Both the position numbers and the translations under genes were made by a program. The notes below the pieces were generated by a model that had not been told where the DNA came from, ran no database searches, and saw only the letters and a list, made by a program, of their open reading frames with translations. From an uncultured cyanobacterium (GTDB lineage Bacteria > Cyanobacteriota > Cyanobacteriia > Cyanobacteriales > Cyanobacteriaceae), in contig CAVVOP010000021.1 in assembly GCA_963749915.1 (NCBI GenBank), positions 480,001 to 544,000 of the forward strand: a stretch of DNA of 64,000 nt. The letters run 5' to 3'. Positions 19,779 through 27,529 of this stretch are shown in pieces; within the stretch, counting starts at the first letter, position 1; the number at the start of each line of letters is the position of its first letter.

Positions 19779-20384
19779 TTGATCGATTCTAACCACACAA
19801 AACTGGTGAGTGAAATGCATAGTATAGCGGAACTTTGCGATAATCTCGTAACAGCTTATGAAGCTAAAGGGCAGGCGGTCTCTCAAAACCTGAAGCCCGG
19901 TATTTCCGAGTCTGCATATGCCAGGGCCATTGGTTTTGACCTCCAAGAGATCCCGCCTGCTGTGCTCAAGCTGTATCAATGGCGCAACGGTTGCGCCGAT
20001 GAAGAGGCTGAAGCGCTGTTTTTATTTAGAGACAACTGCTTCATCAGTGCCGAGCGAGGCAAAGAAGAACTCAACCAAATCAGAAAGTTCTATAGCGCTG
20101 ACGATGAGGATCGATTTGACCTTAGTCGCGTGATTCCCATCGCTGCTTTCGAGGGTTCAGTATTCGCAGTGATAACTGGCAAACATAACTTTGGACCTGA
20201 ACTCGAGTATCCGGTCGTCAGTATCTTTGAAGGCATTGACCTGTTGTTCAGCTCTATTGAGGCCATGTTGCATACCTGCATTGCCTGGGTCGCTCACCCT
20301 GACTGGGATCCTTATGATGCACTTCCCAGGGATGTAGAACTTGAGATTTGGAAGCGGTTGAATCCGGCAGTAGACCTGGGGTGA
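19779..20384 (+). CDS. SMI1/KNR4 (SUKH) family protein, gene-cassette ORF
   Basis: LKPGISE...IPPAVLKLYQWRNG pattern typical of SUKH domains; begins immediately after the attC; true start may be the downstream ATG (MHSIAEL). Confidence 0.75.
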   Translation: MIDSNHTKLVSEMHSIAELCDNLVTAYEAKGQAVSQNLKPGISESAYARAIGFDLQEIPPAVLKLYQWRNGCADEEAEALFLFRDNCFISAERGKEELNQIRKFYSADDEDRFDLSRVIPIAAFEGSVFAVITGKHNFGPELEYPVVSIFEGIDLLFSSIEAMLHTCIAWVAHPDWDPYDALPRDVELEIWKRLNPAVDLG

Positions 20385-20429
20385 TAGCCAATCCCGCTGC
20401 CAATCGCCACATTACATTAGTTTGTTCTT

Positions 20430-20559
20430 CAGCTAAAGTAAAGCCACCTAAAACGTTCCCCTCAAAACGGCTCAGTCTTTAAAATTACAGGGGCAGCCAG
20501 ATTGGTCAGAGAAAATTGACCAATATTTATACGAGGAAACTCTCTCCAACAATGATTGA
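20430..20559 (+). pseudogene. Antitoxin remnant (partner of downstream PIN toxin)
   Basis: Startless frame KTAQSLKLQGQPDWSEKIDQYLYEETLSNND* overlaps the vapC start. Confidence 0.55.
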
Positions 20560-20849
20560 AGTTTTTTTAGATACTTCTTTTGCGATCGCCTTATCTTCTG
20601 TCACCGATCGAAATCATGAACTGGCTGTTAAACTTGCCAATCAACTTGGGACTGACGGAAACCGTTTGGTCACAACTCAGGCGATTTTGCTGGAAATAGG
20701 TAATTCGCTTTCTAAACAAAAATACAGGGCAGCGGCAATCCAACTTTTGGAATCTCTCGAAACTGACCCCTGTGTCGAAGTCGTTTTATTAACTGACAAC
20801 CGATATCCATTTTCAGCAGGCAGGTTTTCGAGCATTGTTAAGGGACTAA
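20552..20849 (+). pseudogene. vapC: VapC/PIN-domain toxin, internally deleted and frameshifted
   Basis: MIEVFLDTSFAIAL..LVTTQAILLEIGN N-terminus; the C-terminal LTTDIHFQQAGFRALLRD* is in another frame with the middle missing; contains a HIP1 site. Confidence 0.8.
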
Positions 20850-21062
20850 TCCTCTTACATGAATCCTAACTTAGCCGTTATTTTGAAAAAAAGAGGAAGG
20901 CATTTACGATATTGAGTGCTTTTTATTTGATCTTATCTCACTGCAAATGCGAGCTTGCTTACTATGTTAACTTAGTTTTAGTGAAAAGGCGATCCCGCAG
21001 GGATCTGCTTCGCAGGGCGCATCTTTGATGCAGCACTACGCGATCGCACTGAATACGTATTA

Positions 21063-21161
21063 TCAAGAAAAGAGATAGCTTTTCTCTGTCTTATAGTAAT
21101 AATGTTTCACCCAAATTACATTTCTAACTTGTTCGAGCAATTTTTGAGGAGGTTTTGACAT
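21063..21161 (-). pseudogene. intI: Integron integrase N-terminal remnant
   Basis: Hand translation MSKPPQKLLEQVRNVIWVKHYYYKTEKSYLFS* resembles the IntI N-terminus (KLLDQVR..IR.KHYS..TE..Y); divergent from attI copy B as in canonical integrons. Confidence 0.8.
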
Positions 21162-21190
21162 AGAATGATATTCAGAAAAAGTCTTGATAT

Positions 21191-21355
21191 TATGACTATT
21201 TGGTATGTTACCCAGAAAGTTTCTGGCTATTATCAAAAAATATACGGAAAATTTCGTGATATCATTCTATATGGGTTTGATATCCAGAAAGTTTCAGCTT
21301 TTTGTGCTGTAATAGTTAGCTAGAAGGAAAGTTTCTTTATAATATATAGTTATGC
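21191..21355 (+). other. Integron attI-like site, copy B (longer version)
   Basis: TTATAAT-ATATA-GTTATGC (core at 21349-21355); four GAAA(G/A)TTTC boxes at 21215, 21247, 21287 and 21327; adjacent to the intI remnant. Confidence 0.85.
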
Positions 21356-21398
21356 CCCCCAAAAAACAACGACTATCACATCCACAATCCAAATAAAG

Positions 21399-22115
21399 AT
21401 GCGAAATCGTTTTTTGCTATCCATCTTTACACTCGCAGCTCTGGTAATTTGCACTGCGCACCGATCTGTAGCGCAGAACAAGTCTGCTAATGGCGATGTC
21501 ACATCTGCAACACTATCGGACATTGCCAATCTAATCACGTCCATTGCGCAGATCCTTTGGCCTGTGCTATTCCTGATTCTTCTTTTCTTACTCCGTCACC
21601 AAATTCGCGCTTGGTTCGAATCGGGGGCGGAAATTGCTTGGGAGTTCATGGGCAATAAGCTCGTTGTGAAGCCATCACAAGTCGTTAGACCACCAGTTGG
21701 CGAGAGTGCCGAATCTGTGCAGTTATCTGCTATTGAGTCGCGTGACCCAATACCGGTTGATTACTATTTCATAAACCACACATCCTTCCTTCGTCTGGAC
21801 AAGCAAGCGGAATTCCAGACTCGGACAGGCGTTAAAGCCCCCCACTACGATATCCGCGTGATCGTAGATTCTTACTATCGCGGTGCGTTAGACCGAGTAA
21901 AGTATGTGAAATATCTGCTACATCCAGCATATCCGGAACCAATTCAAATCCGTTCACAGGCAGCGAACAAGTTTTTGCTTAAAGAACTCGCAAATGGTGA
22001 GTATGTCCTCATCGCACAGGTGTATCTGAAAGATCGTAAAGAACCCCTCATTCTTCAACGTTATATTACTTTGTACAAAGACGGTCCCAGATTGGATATT
22101 CCGCACGAGGCATAA
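21399..22115 (+). CDS. Membrane-anchored protein with C-terminal pYEATS-like domain, gene-cassette ORF
   Basis: Signal/TM segments, then LDRVKYVKYLLHPAYPEP..FLLKELANGEY..AQVYLKD..LQRYITL; the stop codon lies inside the attC R'' box. Confidence 0.75.
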   Translation: MRNRFLLSIFTLAALVICTAHRSVAQNKSANGDVTSATLSDIANLITSIAQILWPVLFLILLFLLRHQIRAWFESGAEIAWEFMGNKLVVKPSQVVRPPVGESAESVQLSAIESRDPIPVDYYFINHTSFLRLDKQAEFQTRTGVKAPHYDIRVIVDSYYRGALDRVKYVKYLLHPAYPEPIQIRSQAANKFLLKELANGEYVLIAQVYLKDRKEPLILQRYITLYKDGPRLDIPHEA

Positions 22116-22193
22116 CCAGGCGATGGAGCTGCTATTTCGAGGTTTTTCGCTTCGTTTTAGTTTTTTCGTCGCCGCTCATCTTTGTCGTTATAC
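22110..22193 (+). other. Integron attC site (84 bp)
   Basis: R'' GCATAAC (exact complement of GTTATGC at 21349), 5-bp spacer, L'' GATGGAGC, L' GCTCATC (one extra G in L''), 6-bp spacer, R' GTTATAC. Confidence 0.9.
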
Positions 22194-22263
22194 CGCCATT
22201 TTTCCATGTACAGTGAGCTACATGTAGGCGTAAAAATTGGTTCGATGAGCAACAAGGTGATAC

Positions 22264-22733
22264 ATGAGTTTACGCGTTGAAATAGATGGGAGTTGGTCAG
22301 CGGAAGATTTTGCGCGAATGTTTGCTTCAGTAAATGACATTCTCCGCTTTGCCGATTACCGCGAAGATTGCGAGGCAGATTTGCCCTTCAACAATCTATG
22401 TTTGGCGTAAGCTTGACGAAACTGATTGATGGAGCAAATCTTGCTCGTTCCTTTGAATCTCTGGAAAGTGATGAAGGCTTAATGGTGCCCCGTTGCACAT
22501 ACGCTTCGCCAGGGGTTACAGATTTCACAGGTTTAGGACAAGCATTAGGTCATCTCAAAGACGTAATTATCAAGCTAATTGATGTCAAGGCTGCATCTCG
22601 TGAAAGAAACATAAGAAATCAGATATTGGAAGAAGAGTTACAGGCAGCCGCACTAAAAAACGTGCGTGAAAAGATAGCGATATTAAAGGAGCCCTCCTTC
22701 TGCCTTCTGCCTTTCAACTCCTGCCTTCTTTAA
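22264..22733 (+). pseudogene. Frameshifted, 3'-truncated cassette ORF (hypothetical protein)
   Basis: MSLRVEIDGSWSAEDFARMF.. from 22264 ends early; the second frame (track ORF 22368-22733) runs into host-type TTCTGCC repeats at about 22695; no closing attC. Confidence 0.6.
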
Positions 22734-22742
22734 TCATCAACT

Positions 22743-23483
22743 TTATGGGCAATTTTCAGATTCTGTGGTTTTTACTTCTACTTTTTCATAACCTGCAATT
22801 TGCATTAATCGACTAATTAAAATTACTGCTTTTTCGTTGGCCTGATCTAAGATTTTTTGCTGACAAGCGGTTTCTTTTATTTTTATTAAAGTTTGACGCT
22901 GTGCTTGGGTTTGTAATTGTGGGGCCACATCAGGGCCTAAGTTGAGAAAACCTCGGTCGTAATCATACACTTGGGATTGATTGACGTCTATTTTTTCCTC
23001 AATAATTTCTGGTGCTGGTAATGTGATTTTAAGTTTATTTCCGTCAATGAGAATATCTTTAGCCCTCATGTTACTTAAATCTAATCCTGCTTTTACCTCT
23101 CCTCTGGCTACATAAAGTAAATTTGTTTTGCCGATGACGATATTACCCAATTTACGACTAGATGAAGTTGGCACAATAGCATCCATGACAAACTTTATGG
23201 TGGTTAATTCACTAATGGCTTGAACTTGTTTGACAATTAAATGAGGGTTATTGATTTGTGGGGGGGTAATTTCGTGATCAATAATCTGGATTATCCCCTG
23301 TAAAGTGTTATGTGCACTCTTCCAAACTCCCAATACACCGAAAAGAATTATCAAGGTTAAACTGCTGGTCATCAAAGCAGTGTTTTTCAACAGCCGGGAA
23401 CTGAAAATAAATGGTTTAGAACTGTTCATCAAAAGAAAAGGATACTTTTTGCAATTCTGAATATTATAACTGAGACTTTGCAT
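22743..23483 (-). CDS. DUF4230 domain protein
   Basis: TM anchor, ELTT, GEVKAGLDL, ITLPAPEI patterns. Confidence 0.8.
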   Translation of the reverse strand: MQSLSYNIQNCKKYPFLLMNSSKPFIFSSRLLKNTALMTSSLTLIILFGVLGVWKSAHNTLQGIIQIIDHEITPPQINNPHLIVKQVQAISELTTIKFVMDAIVPTSSSRKLGNIVIGKTNLLYVARGEVKAGLDLSNMRAKDILIDGNKLKITLPAPEIIEEKIDVNQSQVYDYDRGFLNLGPDVAPQLQTQAQRQTLIKIKETACQQKILDQANEKAVILISRLMQIAGYEKVEVKTTESENCP

Positions 23484-23649
23484 CAGTACAAAAATTGACC
23501 GTATTCGTCAACAAAATCAGTAACTACCTTTGAGTAGTAAAATATTTGAAGAGAATTAATTACCAAGCCCTATTAAAATAAAAACTTGCTAATTAGACAA
23601 TATAAATTGATTAAGTTCTCTGTTCTAAGGGAATATATACTGAACTTTT

Positions 23650-24504
23650 ATGATAACCGAAAAAATTTTTGGCAAAAAAAATCCTGTTATTGGTGTCGTT
23701 CATTTATTACCTTTACCGACCTCCGCTAGGTGGAGGGGCAGTTTACGGGCAGTAATGGAAAGGGCTGAACAAGAGGCTACAGCTTTAGCCGCAGGGGGTG
23801 TTGATGGTATTATTATCGAAAATTTTTTTGATGCACCTTTTACTAAAGATAATGTAGATCCTGCTGTGGTTAGTTCTATGACTTTAATAGTTGATCACAT
23901 TATGAGTTTAGTCATGTTACCCATTGGCTTAAATGTACTGCGAAATGATGCTAAAAGTGCTTTGGCGATCGCCTCCTGTGTTGGTGCAAGTTTTATTCGG
24001 GTAAATGTCTATACGGGAGTAATGGCAACAGATCAAGGTTTAATTGAAGGAAAAGCCCACGAAGTCCAACGATATCGTCGAGAATTGGGGGATGATATCG
24101 CCATTTTCGCCGATGTTTTAGTGAAACACGCCCGTCCTTTAGGTACTCCTAATTTAACCACTGCGGTACAAGATACCATTGAAAGAGGTTTAGCTGACGC
24201 AGTAATTTTATCAGGATGGTCAACGGGGTTACCTCCTAGCATAGAAGATTTAGAATTAGCACAATCCGCCGCCAAAGGTACACCAGTATTTATTGGTAGC
24301 GGTGCTACACCGGAAAATATCGCCGATTTGATGACTTTTGCTGACGGAGTGATTGTCTCAAGTTCCTTAAAACGTCATGGTAAAATTAACGAAACCATTG
24401 ATCCCAGCAGGGTTTCACGGTTTATTGAAGCGGCACAAACTCCCATAGCTTCCCCCGAGTCTGCTTCTTCTCCCGCCACAAAAACAGCTGATCAAGCCTC
24501 ATAA
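23650..24504 (+). CDS. btpA: Photosystem I biogenesis protein BtpA
   Basis: IGVVHLLPLP, IENFFDAPF, NVLRND, DVLVKHA motifs. Confidence 0.93.
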   Translation: MITEKIFGKKNPVIGVVHLLPLPTSARWRGSLRAVMERAEQEATALAAGGVDGIIIENFFDAPFTKDNVDPAVVSSMTLIVDHIMSLVMLPIGLNVLRNDAKSALAIASCVGASFIRVNVYTGVMATDQGLIEGKAHEVQRYRRELGDDIAIFADVLVKHARPLGTPNLTTAVQDTIERGLADAVILSGWSTGLPPSIEDLELAQSAAKGTPVFIGSGATPENIADLMTFADGVIVSSSLKRHGKINETIDPSRVSRFIEAAQTPIASPESASSPATKTADQAS

Positions 24505-24558
24505 TTAAACTGTTAAAATTCAGATAAACATTAATTTAATTCTCTATAGATAATCATT

Positions 24559-25566
24559 ATGCTTCGTCGTCGTCGTAACCTGCCTTGGATTCAGCGCAAA
24601 TCTCGATTTATCATTGGTACGATCGCCATTGTCGGTTTAATCTTAACCATCTATCTAACTATTATCAAACTAATGGGAGGAGATGTTGCTTGTACTGCTG
24701 ATGCCGCCGGTGGCTGTGATAGCGTGTTAAATAGTTCTTATGCTTATCCTCTCGATCCTCAAGGTAAAACAGGCCCACCTTTGAGTATATTCGGTTCATT
24801 AGCTTATCTTAGCATGGCTATGTTTGCCTTAACCCCTTTATTTATTAACCCCGAAAAAAACAAAGAATTAAGACAAAAATTAGAAAAATCTACCTGGTGG
24901 CTAATGCTGGTGGGTAGCTTTACTATGGCGGCTTTTAGTCTTTATCTAATGTATGTTTTAGCCTTCAAAATTCAAGCAGTATGCCCTTATTGTATTGGTT
25001 CAGCGTTATTTTCCTTGACTTTGCTAACATTAACTATTGTTGGTCATGATTGGGAAGATATGGGACAAATTTTATTTACAGGAATGACAGCGGTATTGAT
25101 TACTCTCGTTAGTGCGGTGGGAGTTTACTCTAATGTTAACACCGTAGTGACAGAAGATCCTGCCGTAGAGTTGGCTGCCGGGGAAAAAATACCAGTTCCT
25201 CAAGCACAAACAGCACCACAACCGCCTTTGGGGTGGGATATAACTACTACTTCAGGAGAAGCTGAAATTTCTTTAGCAAAGCACTTGGCTTCTAAAGGTG
25301 CAGTAATGTATTCTGCTTATTGGTGTCCTCATTGTTACGAACAAAAACAGCTTTTTGGCAAAGAAGCATTTAAAGAAGTTGGTAAGATAGAATGTGATCC
25401 CAAGGGTATTGCACCTGCACCTCAAAAATGTGTGGATGCTAAAATTCGAGCTTTTCCTACGTGGATTATTGATGGGAAAATTCATGAGGGTGTGCAAACT
25501 TTGGACCAATTGGCAAAATTAACTGGTTATACTGGCGAGATGAATTTTAAATACACAATGCCATAA
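24559..25566 (+). CDS. Vitamin K epoxide reductase fused to thioredoxin-like domain
   Basis: VKOR TM domain with CPYC and C-terminal WCPHC Trx domain. Confidence 0.92.
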   Translation: MLRRRRNLPWIQRKSRFIIGTIAIVGLILTIYLTIIKLMGGDVACTADAAGGCDSVLNSSYAYPLDPQGKTGPPLSIFGSLAYLSMAMFALTPLFINPEKNKELRQKLEKSTWWLMLVGSFTMAAFSLYLMYVLAFKIQAVCPYCIGSALFSLTLLTLTIVGHDWEDMGQILFTGMTAVLITLVSAVGVYSNVNTVVTEDPAVELAAGEKIPVPQAQTAPQPPLGWDITTTSGEAEISLAKHLASKGAVMYSAYWCPHCYEQKQLFGKEAFKEVGKIECDPKGIAPAPQKCVDAKIRAFPTWIIDGKIHEGVQTLDQLAKLTGYTGEMNFKYTMP

Positions 25567-25584
25567 TCAATTAACAATTAACAA

Positions 25585-26751
25585 TTAACAATTGCCAATT
25601 CTTCCCCAATGTAATTTCTTTTGTTGATTATCCCATTGCCAACGGATTAAATTAGCGGGGGAGTTTACCTGTAAAGTTGGCAAATTAATAGCTTTACGGG
25701 GTGCATCAGTGACAAGAGCGATCGCCTGTTCTACATCACAAATACCCCATTTAACCAAATTTTCTGCCCCGACCAATAAGGGTAAAGTAGTGCCAGATAA
25801 TGTGCCATCAGGTAATCTAGCAGTGCCGTTTTTTACCTCAATAGTGCGCTCATCCCAAGGGTAAAAACCTTCAGATAATCCTATGGGCGATAAAGCATCA
25901 CTCACTAAAAAAATCCCCTGCTGATAATTGCTAGCTTGTAAAATTAGCTTTAACATCGTCCGACAAACATGATTACCGTCAGCGATTAAACCACAATAAA
26001 CATAGGGATTAATAATGGCTTCACCTAATAGTCCGGGTTGCCGATGATGAAGGTTAGGCATGGCATTAAAAGCATGTGTTACCATAGAAGCACCTTGCTC
26101 AAAAGCATCCTTAGCCTGTTGTGCCGTTGCCAGAGAATGCCCTAAACTAATGACAATACCCTGAGAATGTAAAAAGGGAATAACGTCTCCCTTGGTGTCT
26201 AATTCTGGTGCAAGGGTGATAATTTTAACAATATTAATATATTCTCCCAAAACTTGTTTAACATTATCTAAAGTTAGGGGTAGTAAATATTCCGCAGGAT
26301 GAGCTCCTCTTTTATCATAATTTAAAAAAGGTCCTTCTAAATGAACGCCAATTATTTTCGCTTGTTGAGGTTTTTTGGGTAAATTTATATGCTCATTAAT
26401 TACCCTTAAAGATTGATGAATTTTTGTGATTGAAGTTGTCACGATAGTGGGTAAAAATTGATCGACTCCCACTCGCCATAAATAAACACAAATTTCCTCA
26501 AGTTTATTCAGATCTTCAAGGGTTAAGTCGGGAAAAGCTAGCCCTAAACAGCCATTAATTTGTAAATCTACCCCCCCTAAGGAAAGCCAATCACTTTGTA
26601 AATCTAAATCCCCTTGAGGACATAAATTAGTATCTTTTATAGAAGTAATTAAATTATTTTCAATGGTGATAGTCTGTAAATTTTCATAACCAATTAATCG
26701 GGCATTGGTGATAGCTTTAGTAATAATCTTTTTAACTGCCATATTTTCCAT
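25585..26751 (-). CDS. nagA: N-acetylglucosamine-6-phosphate deacetylase
   Basis: DLQING, HLEGPF, RGAH, THAFNAM, IADGNHV motifs. Confidence 0.93.
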   Translation of the reverse strand: MENMAVKKIITKAITNARLIGYENLQTITIENNLITSIKDTNLCPQGDLDLQSDWLSLGGVDLQINGCLGLAFPDLTLEDLNKLEEICVYLWRVGVDQFLPTIVTTSITKIHQSLRVINEHINLPKKPQQAKIIGVHLEGPFLNYDKRGAHPAEYLLPLTLDNVKQVLGEYINIVKIITLAPELDTKGDVIPFLHSQGIVISLGHSLATAQQAKDAFEQGASMVTHAFNAMPNLHHRQPGLLGEAIINPYVYCGLIADGNHVCRTMLKLILQASNYQQGIFLVSDALSPIGLSEGFYPWDERTIEVKNGTARLPDGTLSGTTLPLLVGAENLVKWGICDVEQAIALVTDAPRKAINLPTLQVNSPANLIRWQWDNQQKKLHWGRIGNC

Positions 26752-26925
26752 ATATCCATATAGGATCTTCTATATTATTAGACGTCATTATTAAACTTCT
26801 TAAAGGGTATTTTTCCATATTATCCATATTATCCATTGATTTAGCTTATTGGAGAAAAAAAAGACGCAAATTTGCCATATAATTGAAGATGTTGACCTAC
26901 TGAGTTATTCAAGAGAGATAAATCA

Positions 26926-27429
26926 ATGATCGAAATGAAGGTAGCGGCAATAGCTTTAGATGCTGTGACTCGCAGTCCTATAGTACTTTTAAAGGATGCT
27001 ACTGGGCGCCGTGCCTTACCAATATATGTAGGGCAAGATCAAGCCAGATCTATTATTGGAGTATTAGAGCAACAACAACCCCCTCGCCCTATTACTCATG
27101 ATTTGATAGTTAATATCTTTTCGGCTTGGAATTTAAAATTAGATAAAGTTATCATTAACTCACTACAGGACAACACTTTTTATGCTTTATTATGTATGAA
27201 ATTGGGCAAAAAAGAGAAAAATATTGATTGTCGTCCCAGTGACGCGATCGCTATTGCTGTGCGTACAGGATGTCCGATTTGGGTAATGGAAGAAGTGCTT
27301 TTAAATGCTTCGATTCCCGTCGATAGAGAAGCGGATGATGAAGAAAGAGAGGCTTTTCGGGATTTTGTCGCCAATTTAAGTCCAGAAGAACTAATTCGCC
27401 GTGCCAGAAAAAGCAGTGAGGAAAGTTAA
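26926..27429 (+). CDS. Bifunctional nuclease family protein (DUF151)
   Basis: LPIYVG, PPRPITHDL, DCRPSDAIAIA motifs. Confidence 0.9.
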   Translation: MIEMKVAAIALDAVTRSPIVLLKDATGRRALPIYVGQDQARSIIGVLEQQQPPRPITHDLIVNIFSAWNLKLDKVIINSLQDNTFYALLCMKLGKKEKNIDCRPSDAIAIAVRTGCPIWVMEEVLLNASIPVDREADDEEREAFRDFVANLSPEELIRRARKSSEES

Positions 27430-27467
27430 CAATTAACAATTAACAATTAACAATTAACAATTAACAA
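27426..27467 (+). repeat. Heptamer tandem repeat (TTAACAA)x6, STRR-type
   Basis: Six exact copies; shorter runs of the same unit occur near 8935, 25570, 50320 and 58700. Confidence 0.9.
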
Positions 27468-27529
27468 TTTTAAGGGGATGATGAACTTGATATTTATGCT
27501 CTTGAAGATGGAGAACTGATAAAATTAAG

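Noticed and set aside
20385..20430. A third intact attC after the SUKH ORF
   Set aside because: Only a weak AGCCAAT resemblance to R''; no matching L boxes or R' found.
21215..21335. GAAAGTTTC repeats at about 40-bp period as a CRISPR mini-array
   Set aside because: The repeat is only 9-12 bp, the intervening sequence is homologous between the two copies rather than unique, there are no cas genes, and the attI/intI context explains it better.
17660..22742. Prophage or ICE integrated at tRNA-Pro with an attL/attR duplication
   Set aside because: No repeat of the tRNA 3' end was seen at the far boundary, and there are no phage or conjugation genes or intact integrase.
27426..27467. Heptamer tandem repeats as a functional array
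   Set aside because: Ordinary cyanobacterial STRR-type intergenic repeats, scattered throughout the window.
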